64,000 bases of DNA, taken from contig MU053629.1 of assembly GCA_013239625.1 (NCBI GenBank), positions 2,197,567 to 2,261,566 on the forward strand, given 5' to 3'. The DNA is from Lama guanicoe. Taxonomy: Eukaryota. The position numbers and the translations under genes were made by a program. This document shows, piece by piece, positions 28,024 through 40,445 of this stretch; within the stretch, counting starts at the first letter, position 1; each line of letters starts with the position of its first letter. The notes under the pieces were generated by a model, which had not been told where the DNA came from, did not search any database, and saw only the letters and a list, made by a program, of their open reading frames with translations.

Positions 28024-28190
28024 CATCTGCCCTACCCAGTAGAACTTTTGGTGATGGAAGTACGCTCTCCAAAATGATAGTCCAGTGACACGTGATACTG
28101 AGCACCTGAAATGTGGCACCTGGGACCGAATTTTTAATTTTATTAAATTTAAACATTCACATATAGCTAGTGGTTTACCATATTGAACAT
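28024..28190. mobile_element. MER3-like hAT MITE inside a MIR
   Basis: ccagtagaacttttggtgatggaa...actgagcacctgaaatgtggc...atagctagtggtttaccatattgaaca. Confidence 0.7.
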
Positions 28191-31039
28191 CTTATGGGCT
28201 AGATGATCTTTAAGTTATATATACCTAGAAGTGTATATATGCTCTGAGAAGAGTCATCTGTGGGAGGATGAAGAGACTGAGTAAACAGCTGACATCTACA
28301 CAGACGAGGGTGACTTCTGTGTGCTCTGTGTGCTGTTACCTGGGAGAACATTTGGCTCTGCTTCAAACTGTGTGTTTGAGCCCTGTACTTGGTCTGTGGG
28401 CTGCAGCTTTCTCATTATCAGAGTAATAGGCAGTGGTTTTGCTTAGCAGGAAGTTAGTTTGCCTGTGGTAGCTCCGCTGAGAACCTGCCTCAGCCGATCT
28501 TCATCCTCAGCTGATTGCAGATCCCAGCTGTGGGCCTTTGTCCTTCTCACTAAACGGAAGAGGCTGTCCATTAACCTTTCATGGAAATCATAACCTTAAT
28601 AGTTACCCTTGGTTTATTCTGTTTGATTCTGATGTAGGAAGTTATGCGTGTGGACCATGAAATATCTAATTTTAGCTACTTATACCAGAAGGTAAAGATG
28701 GTTCTCAGCTACTGATTTTTCTTTTTCCTTGGCTGTAATTAATGCTCTTTCACTTTCAGTTTTGCCTCAGGCAGCTCTTACCTGGAGGGAGATGGTGTGC
28801 AGTGACCAGGGTTTCTCTACTGCTTAGCCAACCGCTTACTAGCCTGACTCTTGCAGAAACAGCTCTACCAATAGCACAGTCATAAAGAGCTAGCAGCCAT
28901 TGTCTGGCACCACAAATCTTCATAGCAACAGACCACCACATGGCAACAGCAGCCACACAAAGAAAGCATTAGGGAAATCAATACTTACTTTCTCCCAGCC
29001 CCTCCTCCACCCAAAACATCAGCCAACACATTCTTCCCACCTGGCAGTTAACTCCCAGGGGATGCTTTAGGGCAGTTACGTGTTTGTGTACCCTTGTGGA
29101 TTGTGTTATCTGTCCACTGTCTTATATTTAAATCTTGAAGCCCTAAGGAAAAGTTTCAGTTACAGACTTTTTTGAGTTTCATTTTGCAAATTGCAAAATA
29201 AACTAATCTCCCTTTTGTGCACTCTCACCTACCTCCTCCCTCCCCTCCAGCAAAGGAGAGTCAGGCAGTGAGTTGGCCAGGCTGCAAGCTTGCCAGATAT
29301 GTAAGGCTTGTTTCAATGAGATTCTTTTGATATTTCAGTAACAAAACCCTCTCAGATGGGTTCAGAGACATACCTCTGTTGTTGTTAATGCCATCCTTTA
29401 GCAAATAATTTAGTTCATCTACTTCTGTATGAACCCCAGTAAGTGATACCTAGGCAATAAATACAGTTCTGATATAAACTGCGGCTAATCACGAGCCCCA
29501 ACTAATTTAGCTTTGGCATGATTCCAAGGGGAAAAGGCCCCATTTGAGAGCCTTTGTGTTTTCTTGCCCCGTTGATAAGGTCATTTAACTAGTCTGGGCC
29601 TCAGTTTGCTCATTTACAAAATGAGGAGGTTGGACTACATCTCTTTGTGGTCCTTCCAGCTCTGGTATTTATAACTGATCATTTCTTGGGACAGAAGAGG
29701 GAACTGTCTTTATTAATCATGGGTTGTGGTGAGGGCTGCTGGAAGATGTTGGACCCTCCTGTTTCAGTGCTTACACTGCTAAAAGCAGGTCCTGGCCCTG
29801 CCCTCATTGATAAAGCTGATGGGCAGAAGCTGTTAACAAACTTGGCAGCTAGTCTTTTCTCCCATGGCAGCAGTTTCTGACCAGTTCAGGCAGAGCTTTT
29901 CTCCAAAGTCACTGCTACTGCCTTTTAATGATACCAGTGAGATATTTTCTCTCTCCCTCTCTCTCTCTCCCCTATCTCTCTCCCTACCCCACACCTCCTC
30001 TCTGTCTCTGACTACTCCATGAAACAAGATGCTGTTCTCCACCTCTTCTGCTACTTTGTTATCCCATCTCCCATAAGCTCTACCGAACAGAGAAATCGTA
30101 GGGCATCAACTTTATAATTTAGGCAGCTGGAGATAATTTCCCCAGGATAGGGTGGGTAGGTAGCGGATTCCCTTGGCATGAGGCAGCATTGCTAAATGGC
30201 CTTGTGTTCTGTCTGCCAGGCTTTGGCTTTGTTAGGCCCATTTAGGCCTCTCTGTATTTGAGTTAAATTATAGTGGCAAACCAGACCCATGTACTTTTAG
30301 AGGGTTAGGGGTTAGAAAGAATGGAAAGTGTGTCATTTATAGGCCCTGCTACTTGCTAATTGCATAAGGAATCCACTGTCCCTGTGCTTACTCATGCCAG
30401 ATCCTTTATTTCCCTTCTCCATAGCAACAAGCTCTATGACAAAAAGGCTATGGTGAGAAATTGAGTAGCTCCCCTCCCACAAGTTGTACTCTATTTTCTC
30501 TTTAGGATGTCTAATACAAGCCTGAAATACTGCTATCAAATAATTTTCCACCCTCATTGAACTAATAATCAAATGAAACTTTTAACCCTGAACGAATTCA
30601 GTGAACAACCTGCTTTCTTCTTATTTGACTCTAATTATCCCTCTCTTTTAGAAGTTTTCCTGTATCATTCCGTACACTTGAAATACTGTGCATCTTCCTA
30701 TTTACCAAGCTCCCCTCTGCTTTTTAGCTTTTACCCTACTCGTTAGAATTATTATATTTAAAAAATCTTCCAGAATCAAGTATCAGTATGGAGAAAGAAC
30801 TGGGTGAATAAAGTAGACCCTGCACCACCACGCTCACCCCCATATGCTGTTGCTTTAGATATTAGACAGGTCTCCTACCCCGGCAGTTGGACAGACTGCC
30901 TTTGAAGTATAGAACTTGTCTAAAAGTATAGAACATTTCAGCTGATCCTGACTCTGATGTACAGGAGTCACAAACCCAAAGATTTTGTTTTTGTTTTTAT
31001 GTTAATAGATCTTTCAACAACAGTATAAAAATATAACAT

Positions 31040-31445
31040 TGATAGACCTAGAGATTATCATACTTAAGTGAAGTAAATCACACAGAGAAAGATAGATTTC
31101 ATATGATATCTCATATCTGGAATCTAAAGAAGATGATACGGATGAACTTATTTACAAAACAGAAATAGACTCACAGACATAGAAAACAAACTTATGGTTA
31201 CCAAAGGAGAAGAGGGTGCAGATAAATTAGGGATTTCGGATTAACGGATACATACTACTATATATAAAGTAGGTAAACAACAAAGACCTACTGTATACCA
31301 CAGGGAACTGTATTTGATATCTTGTAATAACCTATAATGGTAAAGAATCTGAGAATATATATATCCACACACACACACGTATGACTGAATCACTTTGCTA
31401 TACACCTGAAATGTTGTAAATCAACTATACTTCAGTTAAAAATTT
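31040..31445 (+). mobile_element. Lineage-specific L1 3' end
   Basis: gacctagagattatcatact...tcacagacatagaaaacaaacttatggttaccaaagg...aaatcaactatacttca is the reverse complement of the 3' UTR seen at 46500-46930. Confidence 0.88.
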
Positions 31446-31449
31446 TAGA

Positions 31450-32960
31450 AACAACAATAGAAATATGAGTATGTGCACAAACCATAAGCACACAGGTCAC
31501 TGAATTTTCAAAGTGAGCACACTCTGTGGTACCAGCACCTAAATGAAGAAGTGCAGTATTACCAGAACCCCAGGAGCCCCTTCGTATCTCCCTTTCAATA
31601 GCTCACCCCTCAAAGAAAATCAGTTCTGACTGCTAACTTCGTAGATTAGTATTATCCATTTTGAACATTATATATGTGTATAGAATCATTACAGTATGTA
31701 TTTTCTTATGTGTAGCTGTTCAACATTATGTCACTGAAATTCATCCATGTTGTTGCACATAGTTGTACTTTATTTATTCTCATTATTTTATAGCATTTCA
31801 TTATATGAATATAACTAATTTACTCAGTTGTTATTGGGCACGTTGGTTGTTTTTCGTTTGGGGCTGCTGTGAAAAATGTTGCTGTGAAAATTTTTGTGCA
31901 TGTCCTTTGGGGGACTATCTGTACATTCTTTTATTCTCTAACACTTAGGAGTGGAATTCCTAGGTCGTAAGATATGCATATGATCAGCTTAATAGATAGT
32001 GCCAGTTTCCCAAAGTGTCTGAACCAATTTATACTCCTACTTCCAGCTAGAATCCTGTTTGCTCTGCGTTCTTGCCAACACTTGACCTTATGTCTTTTTC
32101 ATTTTAGCCATTTTGGTTGGTGTGTAACGGTATTTGATTGTGATATTAATTTGCATTTCCATGTAAGTTATGAAATTAAGCATTGGACACTTGGAAATCT
32201 CCTTTTATGAAGTATATTTTCACATCTTTTAGCTATTTTTAAATTGAGTTGTATGGTTTTTTCTTACTGGTTTGTTAGGAGTTCTTTGCATATTATGGTT
32301 TTGAGTCCTTTGTCAGATATATGTATCATAAATGTCTTCTCTATCTTTCCTTTTCTCTTAATGGTACCTTTTCACAAATGGAAGTAAGTTCTTGTTTTTA
32401 CAAAGTCTAGTTTATCTTTTTCTTTTATAGTTAGTGCTTGTTTGTGTTCAAGAAAATTTGCCTTTCCCAAGATAATAAAGATATTCTCCTGAGAACTTTG
32501 TTGTTTCTCTTTTCATATTTAAATCTATAATGTATCTGAAATTGATCTTTGTTTAGGATGTGAATTGGGAGTCAAGATTCTGCCTTTCTCATGTGGATAT
32601 CTAATTGACCTAGGACTTTATTGAAAAGACAAACTTCCCCCACTGCACTGCAGTGTCCCATTTGTCATAAATCAAATGACATATGAGTGGATTTATTTCT
32701 GGGCTCTTTCTTCCTTTCTGTTCATCCATTCGTCTAGTCTTGGGTCAATACTACACTATCTTAATAACTATAGCTTTATGTGTCTTGCTTGACATTTAGT
32801 AGTATAAATCTCCAGCTTTATCGTACTTCAAGATTGCCTTGACTGTTCTTGGCCTTTTGCACTTCCATATAAGTTTTAGGATGAGTTATGAATTTTTATG
32901 GAAAAAAAGACCCTGCTGAGATTCTGATTGGGATTATATTGAATCTACAGCTCAATCTGA
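31450..32960 (-). mobile_element. Old L1 (L1MD/L1ME-like) 3' region
   Basis: Decayed antisense L1 motifs such as ttcatccatgttgttgca, gagtggaattcctaggtc, gttctttgcatattatgg and ctgattgggattatattgaatctaca. Confidence 0.75.
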
Positions 32961-33301
32961 AGAAGCCTCGAAGTTTTATCCTTTTATATGTTAATAAGCT
33001 CAGTTGTGGGGAGGGGTACAGAATCAGAGCAAGTCAGTAATATTGCTTAAGGCGATTGTTTAAAATATATGTTAGCTACCCCCTACTTATATTCTGAATC
33101 ATCAGGTTCGCAGTGGAGCTTGGGCATGTTTATTGTGAAATAGCTCCCCAGGATTTATGATTTGCTGCCGTCACCGCTGTTCTCCACCCACCCCTTTGGC
33201 AAACCACTGACCTAGACGGTAATCTCCTTGGCTAGCAGCAGTAATTCACGGAGGATAGTTAAAGTGAAATCTGACTGGTTTAATCAATACTGGTTTGAGG
33301 C

Positions 33302-33785
33302 TGTATCAGTTTCCTAAGGCTACTGTAACAAAATCCCCAAAATTGGGTGGCTTAAAACAATCAATTTAGTGTCTCATGGTTCTGGAGGCTAGAAGTCAGA
33401 AATCAAGGAGTTGGCAGAGCTGTGCTCTCTCTGATGGTTTGAGGGGAGAATTCTTCCTTGTCTCTTACAGCTTCTGGTGTTTGCCAGCAGTGTTTGGTGT
33501 CCCTTGGCTTGTAGATGCCGTCACTCCAGTCACATGGCTTTCTTTTCCTTCTGTACTTTCATATCTTCTCCCTGGTTGTGTCTGTCACTGTATTGAAATT
33601 CCCCTTTTTTATTATGATACCAGTCATATTGGATTAGAGCCCACTCAAATGACTTCAGTTTAATTTGACTGTCTTTGTAAGGACTCTGTTTTCAAATAAG
33701 ATCACATTCTGAGGTGCTGAGAGTTAGGACCTCAATATATCTTTTTTGGGAGGGAGGGTGGGGGGACACAATTCAACCCATAACA
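33302..33785 (-). mobile_element. MLT1C-like MaLR solo LTR
   Basis: TGT...ACA termini, MLT1 motifs (gggtggcttaaaacaa, attcaacccataaca) and a perfect 5-bp TSD GAGGC at 33297-33301 and 33786-33790. Confidence 0.88.
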
Positions 33786-34847
33786 GAGGCCATCAAAAAT
33801 TTCAGAATAATTATTGCCACAAGTTAGAGAGAGGAAGGAAATCTAGTACTGCTCATACTAATGAGAAGCATTGCTTCCCAAGCCGGTCTGGGCAGAAGAG
33901 TGTCCACCCTCTGATGCCGGCTGTTCCTTTCCTGCCACTAGTGTTTCCTGTCTCCTTAGCACTGAGGGTCTCAATGTGGTTTAGTTCTGCTCTGTTAACA
34001 AACCCTGAAAATGCCAAGTGGCGGCTGCCAGAAAGAAAAAGAGGCCTCAGCAGTTAGCTGCATCTCTCAGCCTCTAGCTGAAAGGAAAAGTGCCCCTTGG
34101 AGGCCAGTCCCTAGCCATGCTCTTATCCTCATTCTTCCTGCCAGGTCATAAAGCAGTAAAACTGTGGACAAGTGTGATTCCATCTCAACCCCGGGCAAAT
34201 ATTTCTTCAAAGCTGTCCCACTGAGATGATACCTTCCTTCTTATTCCCAGTGGTTTTCCAACAAGGACTCCAGCTGGACAGCCAAAGGCACGAGGCCTCT
34301 GCTGAGCCACCTCCCACTGTGGGTGTACATCGTGAGGCTGCCTCACTAAGGGGAAAGGGAGAACGTGAGGCTTACGGGTGTGGTGAACCAGCCCTTGTTG
34401 CACTTAAGCAGTTTCCGTGGTGCGGGAACTTTTCTCTGGGAGGAGGAACTGGATCAGATCTTTAGCCTTCCTCCCCAGCCTCCCAGTCCCCACAGCCTGG
34501 GGGTGGAGTGGTTTACATTTGGTGGATGTTCCACTTTGGCCTTTCCTCTCCAACCTACACTAGGTCATAGTTTTCTTTTCCTGCTTATAGTTTTAGCGGC
34601 AGCAGATCTACCTAACCACTCACCAGACCGGTACTTGCTTGATAATGGTTTCAGGTGGCCTCTGTTACACTTTTGTCTGAAATTCTGTGGAGGGAAAATA
34701 ACCATAGTTCTGTGAAAATGGCTCCAGGATGATGGTTATTACCTTTGTGCTTTCTTTGGCTTATTCTTCCCCAAAAGATCCCAGGGTTTCGGATTTTTGT
34801 TTCCTGTCATTCCTAGAACTGAAGGTAGAAAAATTTAAAGACACCAG

Positions 34848-35026
34848 CATTGGTTCCTGGATTTTGTTGCACATTAGAATGTGGGGGCGGGGATTTACGA
34901 AGTCCTGATGCTCAGGTCTCACCCAGTTAAACGAAATCGGAATGTCTGTAGGTGGGAGCCAGATGTGTCAGTATTTTTAAAAGAGCTCCAGGTGTATCCA
35001 GTATGCAGCAAGTGTGGGAACCGCTG
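34848..35026. mobile_element. MER5A-like hAT MITE
   Basis: cattggttcc...ttgttgcacattagaat...aagagctccaggtg...gggaaccgctg. Confidence 0.65.
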
Positions 35027-37057
35027 CTCTGTAGGTTTCAGACATTTCTGCAGAATACTTTATCCTAAATTGCTTATTGGATAACCTCACAGATTTCTTC
35101 TTAGAATGTTAATAAAGAACTCCTGGTAAGTATAGACTCTCTTTGAAAGTATTCTCTCTAAAGGAATAATAATCACATTTCTGCCTTTGGGTTTCTGGTT
35201 TTAAAACCTACACATGATTTGGTCCTTCCCTACAGTCACATCCATGCCTTATAGATGAATGGATTGCCAGGATAAGTGAAATAAAAACTGAAAATATTGC
35301 TGTTAAGCTGATTTTAGTTTCTGCCTTCATAAGTTTTGCCAAAACGTAAGAATTTATAGCCTAGCAAAGCATTCTCTCTAATAATTTTTACTTCAGTAGA
35401 CAAATTTGGGACTGGAGTTTTCTCTGAAATATAGCAGTCTTTACCAAAGTTTCTGATATTACTACATGGCAAACCCATAACATAAAAAGTGGTTTTCAGA
35501 TAACAAGCATTTTAGGAAAAAAAATCTTAGCTAGAAGATGAACCATAGATGGTCCTAATTTTCCCTCATCTTTCCATTTCTGAAGGCTATTATTCACTCT
35601 TGTGAATTTCTGATTATGTTCACCTTTTCCCTACTTCTCTGGTTTGAACTTTTGTCTTGGACGAAACAGTGCTCTGAAGTTTGCATAGTCTCTAATTACA
35701 TGGCAAGATAAATATTAGATAGTAATATACCGGAGATCAGCTGTAAGCAAACAGTTCCTGCATTTCCCCAGTTGGGGCTTCCACAGAGGTAGCAGTACCC
35801 AGAATTACAAACTGGCCTTCCTCGCAGGCATCCTCTTATAACTCTCTCTCCTCTCTGAGTCCTAGACAGTTTCCTACATTGTATTGCTATTGGCCAAGCT
35901 GCAGCTATGCTTACAGGTTTCCAGAAACTGTGACTTACTTTCATATGATCTCTTCCTCCACCCTGTGTCTAGAGAGGACTGGAAAACCAGAAAGTGGTAT
36001 TTTCTGGGAGCTGCGATATTTGTTGCAGATGCATCCTCCTCCTTCTTGCCCCCACTCCTAACATCAGTAGACAAACATGTCTGTCATTCTCCCTTAGAAA
36101 AAAATTGGAACTACACAGAGCCCATTAGCAGACTCTTGATCATTTAGTGGTGGCTAAAAGGACCCTTGGCTCATATAAGAGGCTTGAGGAGAGTAAAGAG
36201 GACTTTACCAGGAAAGCAAAGAAGAACACAGCTGAAGACGTAGTCAGCTTCTAGAGAACAGGACTAAAGTGGACACCAGTCTGGCACCAGTGTGAAAAGT
36301 GTCAGCCACAACCACTAATGTTTATTGTTAACCACTCCCATTAGCATTGGACATTAGGCTTAGCTCTTTTTTTTTTTTAAGGTGGCAAGCAAAGAATTTT
36401 TAAAAAGAAGAACAAAGAAACAGAAACACAAGTTTTTAAAAATAACATATATTATTAGAACTGATATTTACATATCCAGGAATAAATCTCTACCAGAGCT
36501 CCCTTGAGTTGTGTGTGAGTCTTGTGGGTCAATTGTAAACTGCATGAAATCTGTAAAATGATTTGATACCAAAGGGCTGTTACCAAGTCTACTAGTTTTT
36601 AAGTCCGAAGTAGACACTAACTATACAAATGATCTGGCCTGCCATTTGTAGATGGTGAGCCAAATTGATGAGCTCTTGATCCAGTGGGTGGCTTTGTTTT
36701 CATTATAAAAGTTGATAAGTTGAATGTTTGAAGTAAAGAATTTTTTTCAGAAACAACATATAGATTGAGTCTTGTTTTTGCAACTTTTCATGAAATAGAG
36801 TATATTCTTCATGATCTTAATTTTGACTGTTTTTAGCAATCTTTTTTTTACAAGATTACATGTAATCTTCCTCACGATGGTTTTCATAATCCCCAAAACA
36901 TATTGTAACACTGATTTATTTTATTTCTTTCTTTATTGAGATATAGTTGATTTATGAAGTAGAGAAGCTTTTATACGTATCTTTGAACCAAGAGATCCTC
37001 TACTAGGTCATGTTCTAGTAAAATGAGGAATTTGGATCCTTAAAAACCATCTTTGTT

Positions 37058-37190
37058 GGGGGAGGGTATAGCTCAAAGTGGTAGAACACATGCTTAGCAT
37101 GCATGAGGTCCTGGGTTCAAACCCCAGTACCTCCTTTAAAAAGTAAATAAATAAACCTAATTACTCCCTCCCCCCAAAAAACTGAAAAAT
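37058..37190 (+). mobile_element. Camelid tRNA-Ala-derived SINE
   Basis: GGGGGAGGGTATAGCTCAAAGTGGTAGAAC...GGGTTCAAACCCCAGTACCTCC, then taaataaataaacctaatt and an A tail. TSD core tctttgtt on both sides. Confidence 0.9.
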
Positions 37191-37349
37191 AAAATGTCTT
37201 TGTTGTAAGTTGTATTATACTGTGCTTTGAATTCAGAATGAGAGGCAGTAACTTACACCTGCTCCTACATTTTCTGTCCCACTACTAGCAACTACTTTTT
37301 CCCCTGATGTTTTTCAAAAATTACTTTTTTTTAACTGATTTAAAAACTA

Positions 37350-38430
37350 GTACCTGGTTCATTAGATATGACACCAAAAGCACAGGCAACAAGAGAAAAG
37401 ATAGATAAATTGAATTCTGTCAAAATTTTAAAATTTTGTTCATCAAAAGAGAACTATCAAGAGAATGAAAAAAAGCTCACAGAATGGGGAAAATATTTGC
37501 AAATCATATATGTGATACGAAATTAGTATCCGGAATATATAAAGAACTCCTACAACTCAGCGACAGAAAATCCAAACAGTGCAATTCAAAACTGAGCAAA
37601 GTAACCTATAATGAAAAAGAATATGAAAACAAATACATGTATGTATATGTATGACTGAACTATTATTCTGTACACCAGAAATTGACACAACATTGTAAAC
37701 TGACTATACTTCTAAAACAAAGCAAAACAAAAAAACAGTGAAAGACTTGAATACACATTTTACCAAAGAAGATATACAAATAAGCACATGAAAGGATGCT
37801 CAGCATCATTAATCATAAGGGAAATGCAAATCAAAACCACAGTGAGATACCACTTCACACCCTACTAGGATGACTTTATTTTAAAAATGGAAAATAAGCG
37901 TTCGGTTGTGGAGAAATTGGAGCCTTTGTTGACTGCAGATGTGAACATAAAATGTTGTAGCCATTGTGGAAAGCAGTTTGATGATTCCTCAAAAAGTTAA
38001 ACATAGAATTAATAAATGATCTAGCAATTCTGCTCCTAGTTATATACCCAACAGGTGTTCAAACAAAACTTGTACATGAGTATTCATAGCAACATTATTC
38101 ACAATAGCCAGTGGATAACCCAGTGTCTGTCAGAAGATGCCAAAATGTGGTATATACTTAGAATGGAGTAGAGGGGAGTGAAGTTCTGATACATGCTACA
38201 GTGTGGATAAACCTTGAAAACATTTTGCTAAGTGAAATAAGCCAGACACAAAAGAACTAAAACTGTATGATTCCACCTATATGAGGTATCTAGAATAGGC
38301 AAGTTTTAGGGACAGAAGGGAGACAGTAGAGTTACTAGGAGCTAGTGGGCAGAGGGACTAGGGCGTCATTGCTTAATAGTTACAGAGTTTCTGTTTCAGG
38401 TGATGAAAAACTTTTGGAAATAGTGATGGT
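37350..38430 (+). mobile_element. Old L1 (L1MB-like) ORF2 end and 3' UTR, with a nested young L1 3' tip at about 37604-37735
   Basis: gaaatgcaaatcaaaaccacagtgagataccacttcacacc and aaccttgaaaacattttgctaagtgaaataagccagacaca. The nested tip reads aacctataatgaaaaagaatatg...ctgactatacttct. Confidence 0.85.
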
Positions 38431-38872
38431 TCCCCCCAAAAAGTAACCACTTTTTATTGTTGGAAATTTGGAAATTAGAGAAAAAGGAGAAATCCTAAAT
38501 TACAAAGAAGAAAATCATAAATCATCCAGAGATAAGACCACTATTATGATTTTGTTATATTTATTATACATATACTTTTGTTTTATTTTTTTAACAAATT
38601 GGTACCCTTATCTGTGTATCTGTAATCTTCTTTGTTATAGAGGAATATACCATGAATATTCTCCTGTAACATTAAGTGGTCTCCTATAATATTTTAAATA
38701 ACTACACATAATTTTATGTAAAGGGTGTATCTTGATTGATTTAGCTAAGCTACATCTTTTTTTTCCTTACGGCTTTGAAAAAAGATACTTCTGAAATTTT
38801 CCAGCTCTTTAGGAACTGAGCTTAGTTTCTCATATCATCAATAAAATACTCACAGAGAAAGGAAACACATTA

Positions 38873-39219
38873 CAATTGGCCCTCCATATCCACAGGTTCC
38901 GAATCCACGGATTCAATCAAGCATGGAACAAAAATATTCGGAAAAAGAAAATTCCAAAAACCAAAACTTGAATTTACCACTCACTAGCAACTATTTACAT
39001 TGTATTTACAAGTATTTACATAGCTTTTCCATTATATTAGGTATTACAAGTAATCTAGGGATGATTTAAAGTATATGGGAGAATGTACATAGGTTATATG
39101 CAACTGTTATGCCATTTTATATAAGGCACTTGAGCATACTGGGATTTTCGTATTGGCAGTCAGGGGTGGGAGTCAGAGGGCCCTGCAACCAGCCCCCCAC
39201 TGATACTGAGGGACAACTG
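38873..39219 (-). mobile_element. MER2/Tigger3-family TcMar element
   Basis: Inverted termini caattggccctccatatc and gatactgagggacaactg, TA on both sides, about 347 bp. Confidence 0.85.
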
Positions 39220-39594
39220 TATGTGTTTCATAATAACCTTGTAGCTTTGAACTTTTGAGTTTCTGTCCCCTACTTCTTTTTCTGTTTCTATCCTCTTCAT
39301 GCCTTTTGCTTACTTTGACATTTTCTTTTTGCTTCTTGTTGCTGCTTCATGTATTTTTCCCTTTGCCACCAGTATGCAGCTTTATTGCCACTTCTATTTC
39401 CTTTCTGGTAGAGAGAGAGATCAAACATAAAATCAATAACCTGCTTCTCAGCCAAAAATAAACCTACAAGTGTTGATATCTTTCACTCTAGTCCACAATT
39501 TTATTTTCAAGTACAGTACATGGACTGTTTAGTGTTTTACACCTGGAAACGTGAACTGCCGAGAACCAAGAAAGTGTATTCTCATCTTGTGAGA

Positions 39595-39785
39595 CAGTGT
39601 AGTTAAAAATACAGACTTTAGCCAGACTGATTTGGATTCAGATCCTGGTTTTGCATTTTATTTAGCTCTGTAGCATTGCAACAGATTGCTCTAAGCTTCC
39701 ATTTCTTCATCTGTACAATGGGAATGATAATACTTGAGGGGTTGTTGAGAGGATTAAATACGAGATAATATATGGAAGGCTCTTA
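39595..39785 (+). mobile_element. MIR SINE
   Basis: ggattcagatcctgg...tttcttcatctgtacaatgggaatgataata...gttgttgagaggattaaat. Confidence 0.7.
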
Positions 39786-40391
39786 AACCCAAGAAATGGA
39801 AACTATTATCTTGAAAGCCATCAAGGCTTCATACAAATATATACACCCCACTGCTGAAAAAACAAAACGGAACAAAATTGGAGAAAACAACAAAGGATTT
39901 AATGCATTGTGTATGGGACTAAATATCTTTTTGTATCATTTGGATTTGGGAAACCTCTTCCACAACTTTAATGGGATTATATTGGAGTCTAAATCTTAAC
40001 TGAATGGGCATGTTCAGTGTGTGATGACAGGTAAGGTCTAGAATGCTTCTGATGGTTCATCTCACAGATGAAGGAGGAAGATGGATGCACATTGCAAAAT
40101 CTATAGTAAATTGTGTCTGACAACAAGACATAAATAAAAGACAAGAATTTGAACTGACTGCAACTTTGGTTGGACAGATTCAGGTATTTACTTTTAAACG
40201 TGAGCCCAATGAAATAAAACATGTTGGGTTTTTACAGTCAGTGTTAACTCTTAAATGATTTTGAGAAAGTAGAATTGTAACTTGAAATGAAGCATCAGAA
40301 TCATATAGGATCCCCTTTAGTTGTATTTGCGGTTTAAAAAAAATCTAAATCTTTACATTTTAATGCCATAAACTCATTATTGCCATATAGG

Positions 40392-40445
40392 ATGGTTTCC
40401 TTTGCTGTGCAAAAGCTTCTAAGTTCAATTAGGTCCCATTTGTTT
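40392..40445 (-). mobile_element. Isolated 54-bp internal L1 ORF2 fragment
   Basis: atggtttcctttgctgtgcaaaagcttctaagttcaattaggtcccatttgttt closely matches 47569-47622. Confidence 0.8.

Noticed and set aside
34424..34434. NF-kB site GGGAACTTTTC
   Set aside because: Lacks the terminal CC of the GGGRNWYYCC consensus.
36366..36800. Possible processed pseudogene after a poly-T run
   Set aside because: No recognisable coding homology or clear TSD, so I cannot support it from the sequence alone.
37058..37135. tRNA-Ala(AGC) genes (also at about 14985-15058, 20415-20491, 54270-54344 and 54949-55022)
   Set aside because: Each has the shared SINE body (aaataaataaacctaatt-like), an A-rich tail, a TSD and stem-breaking substitutions, so they are SINE heads.
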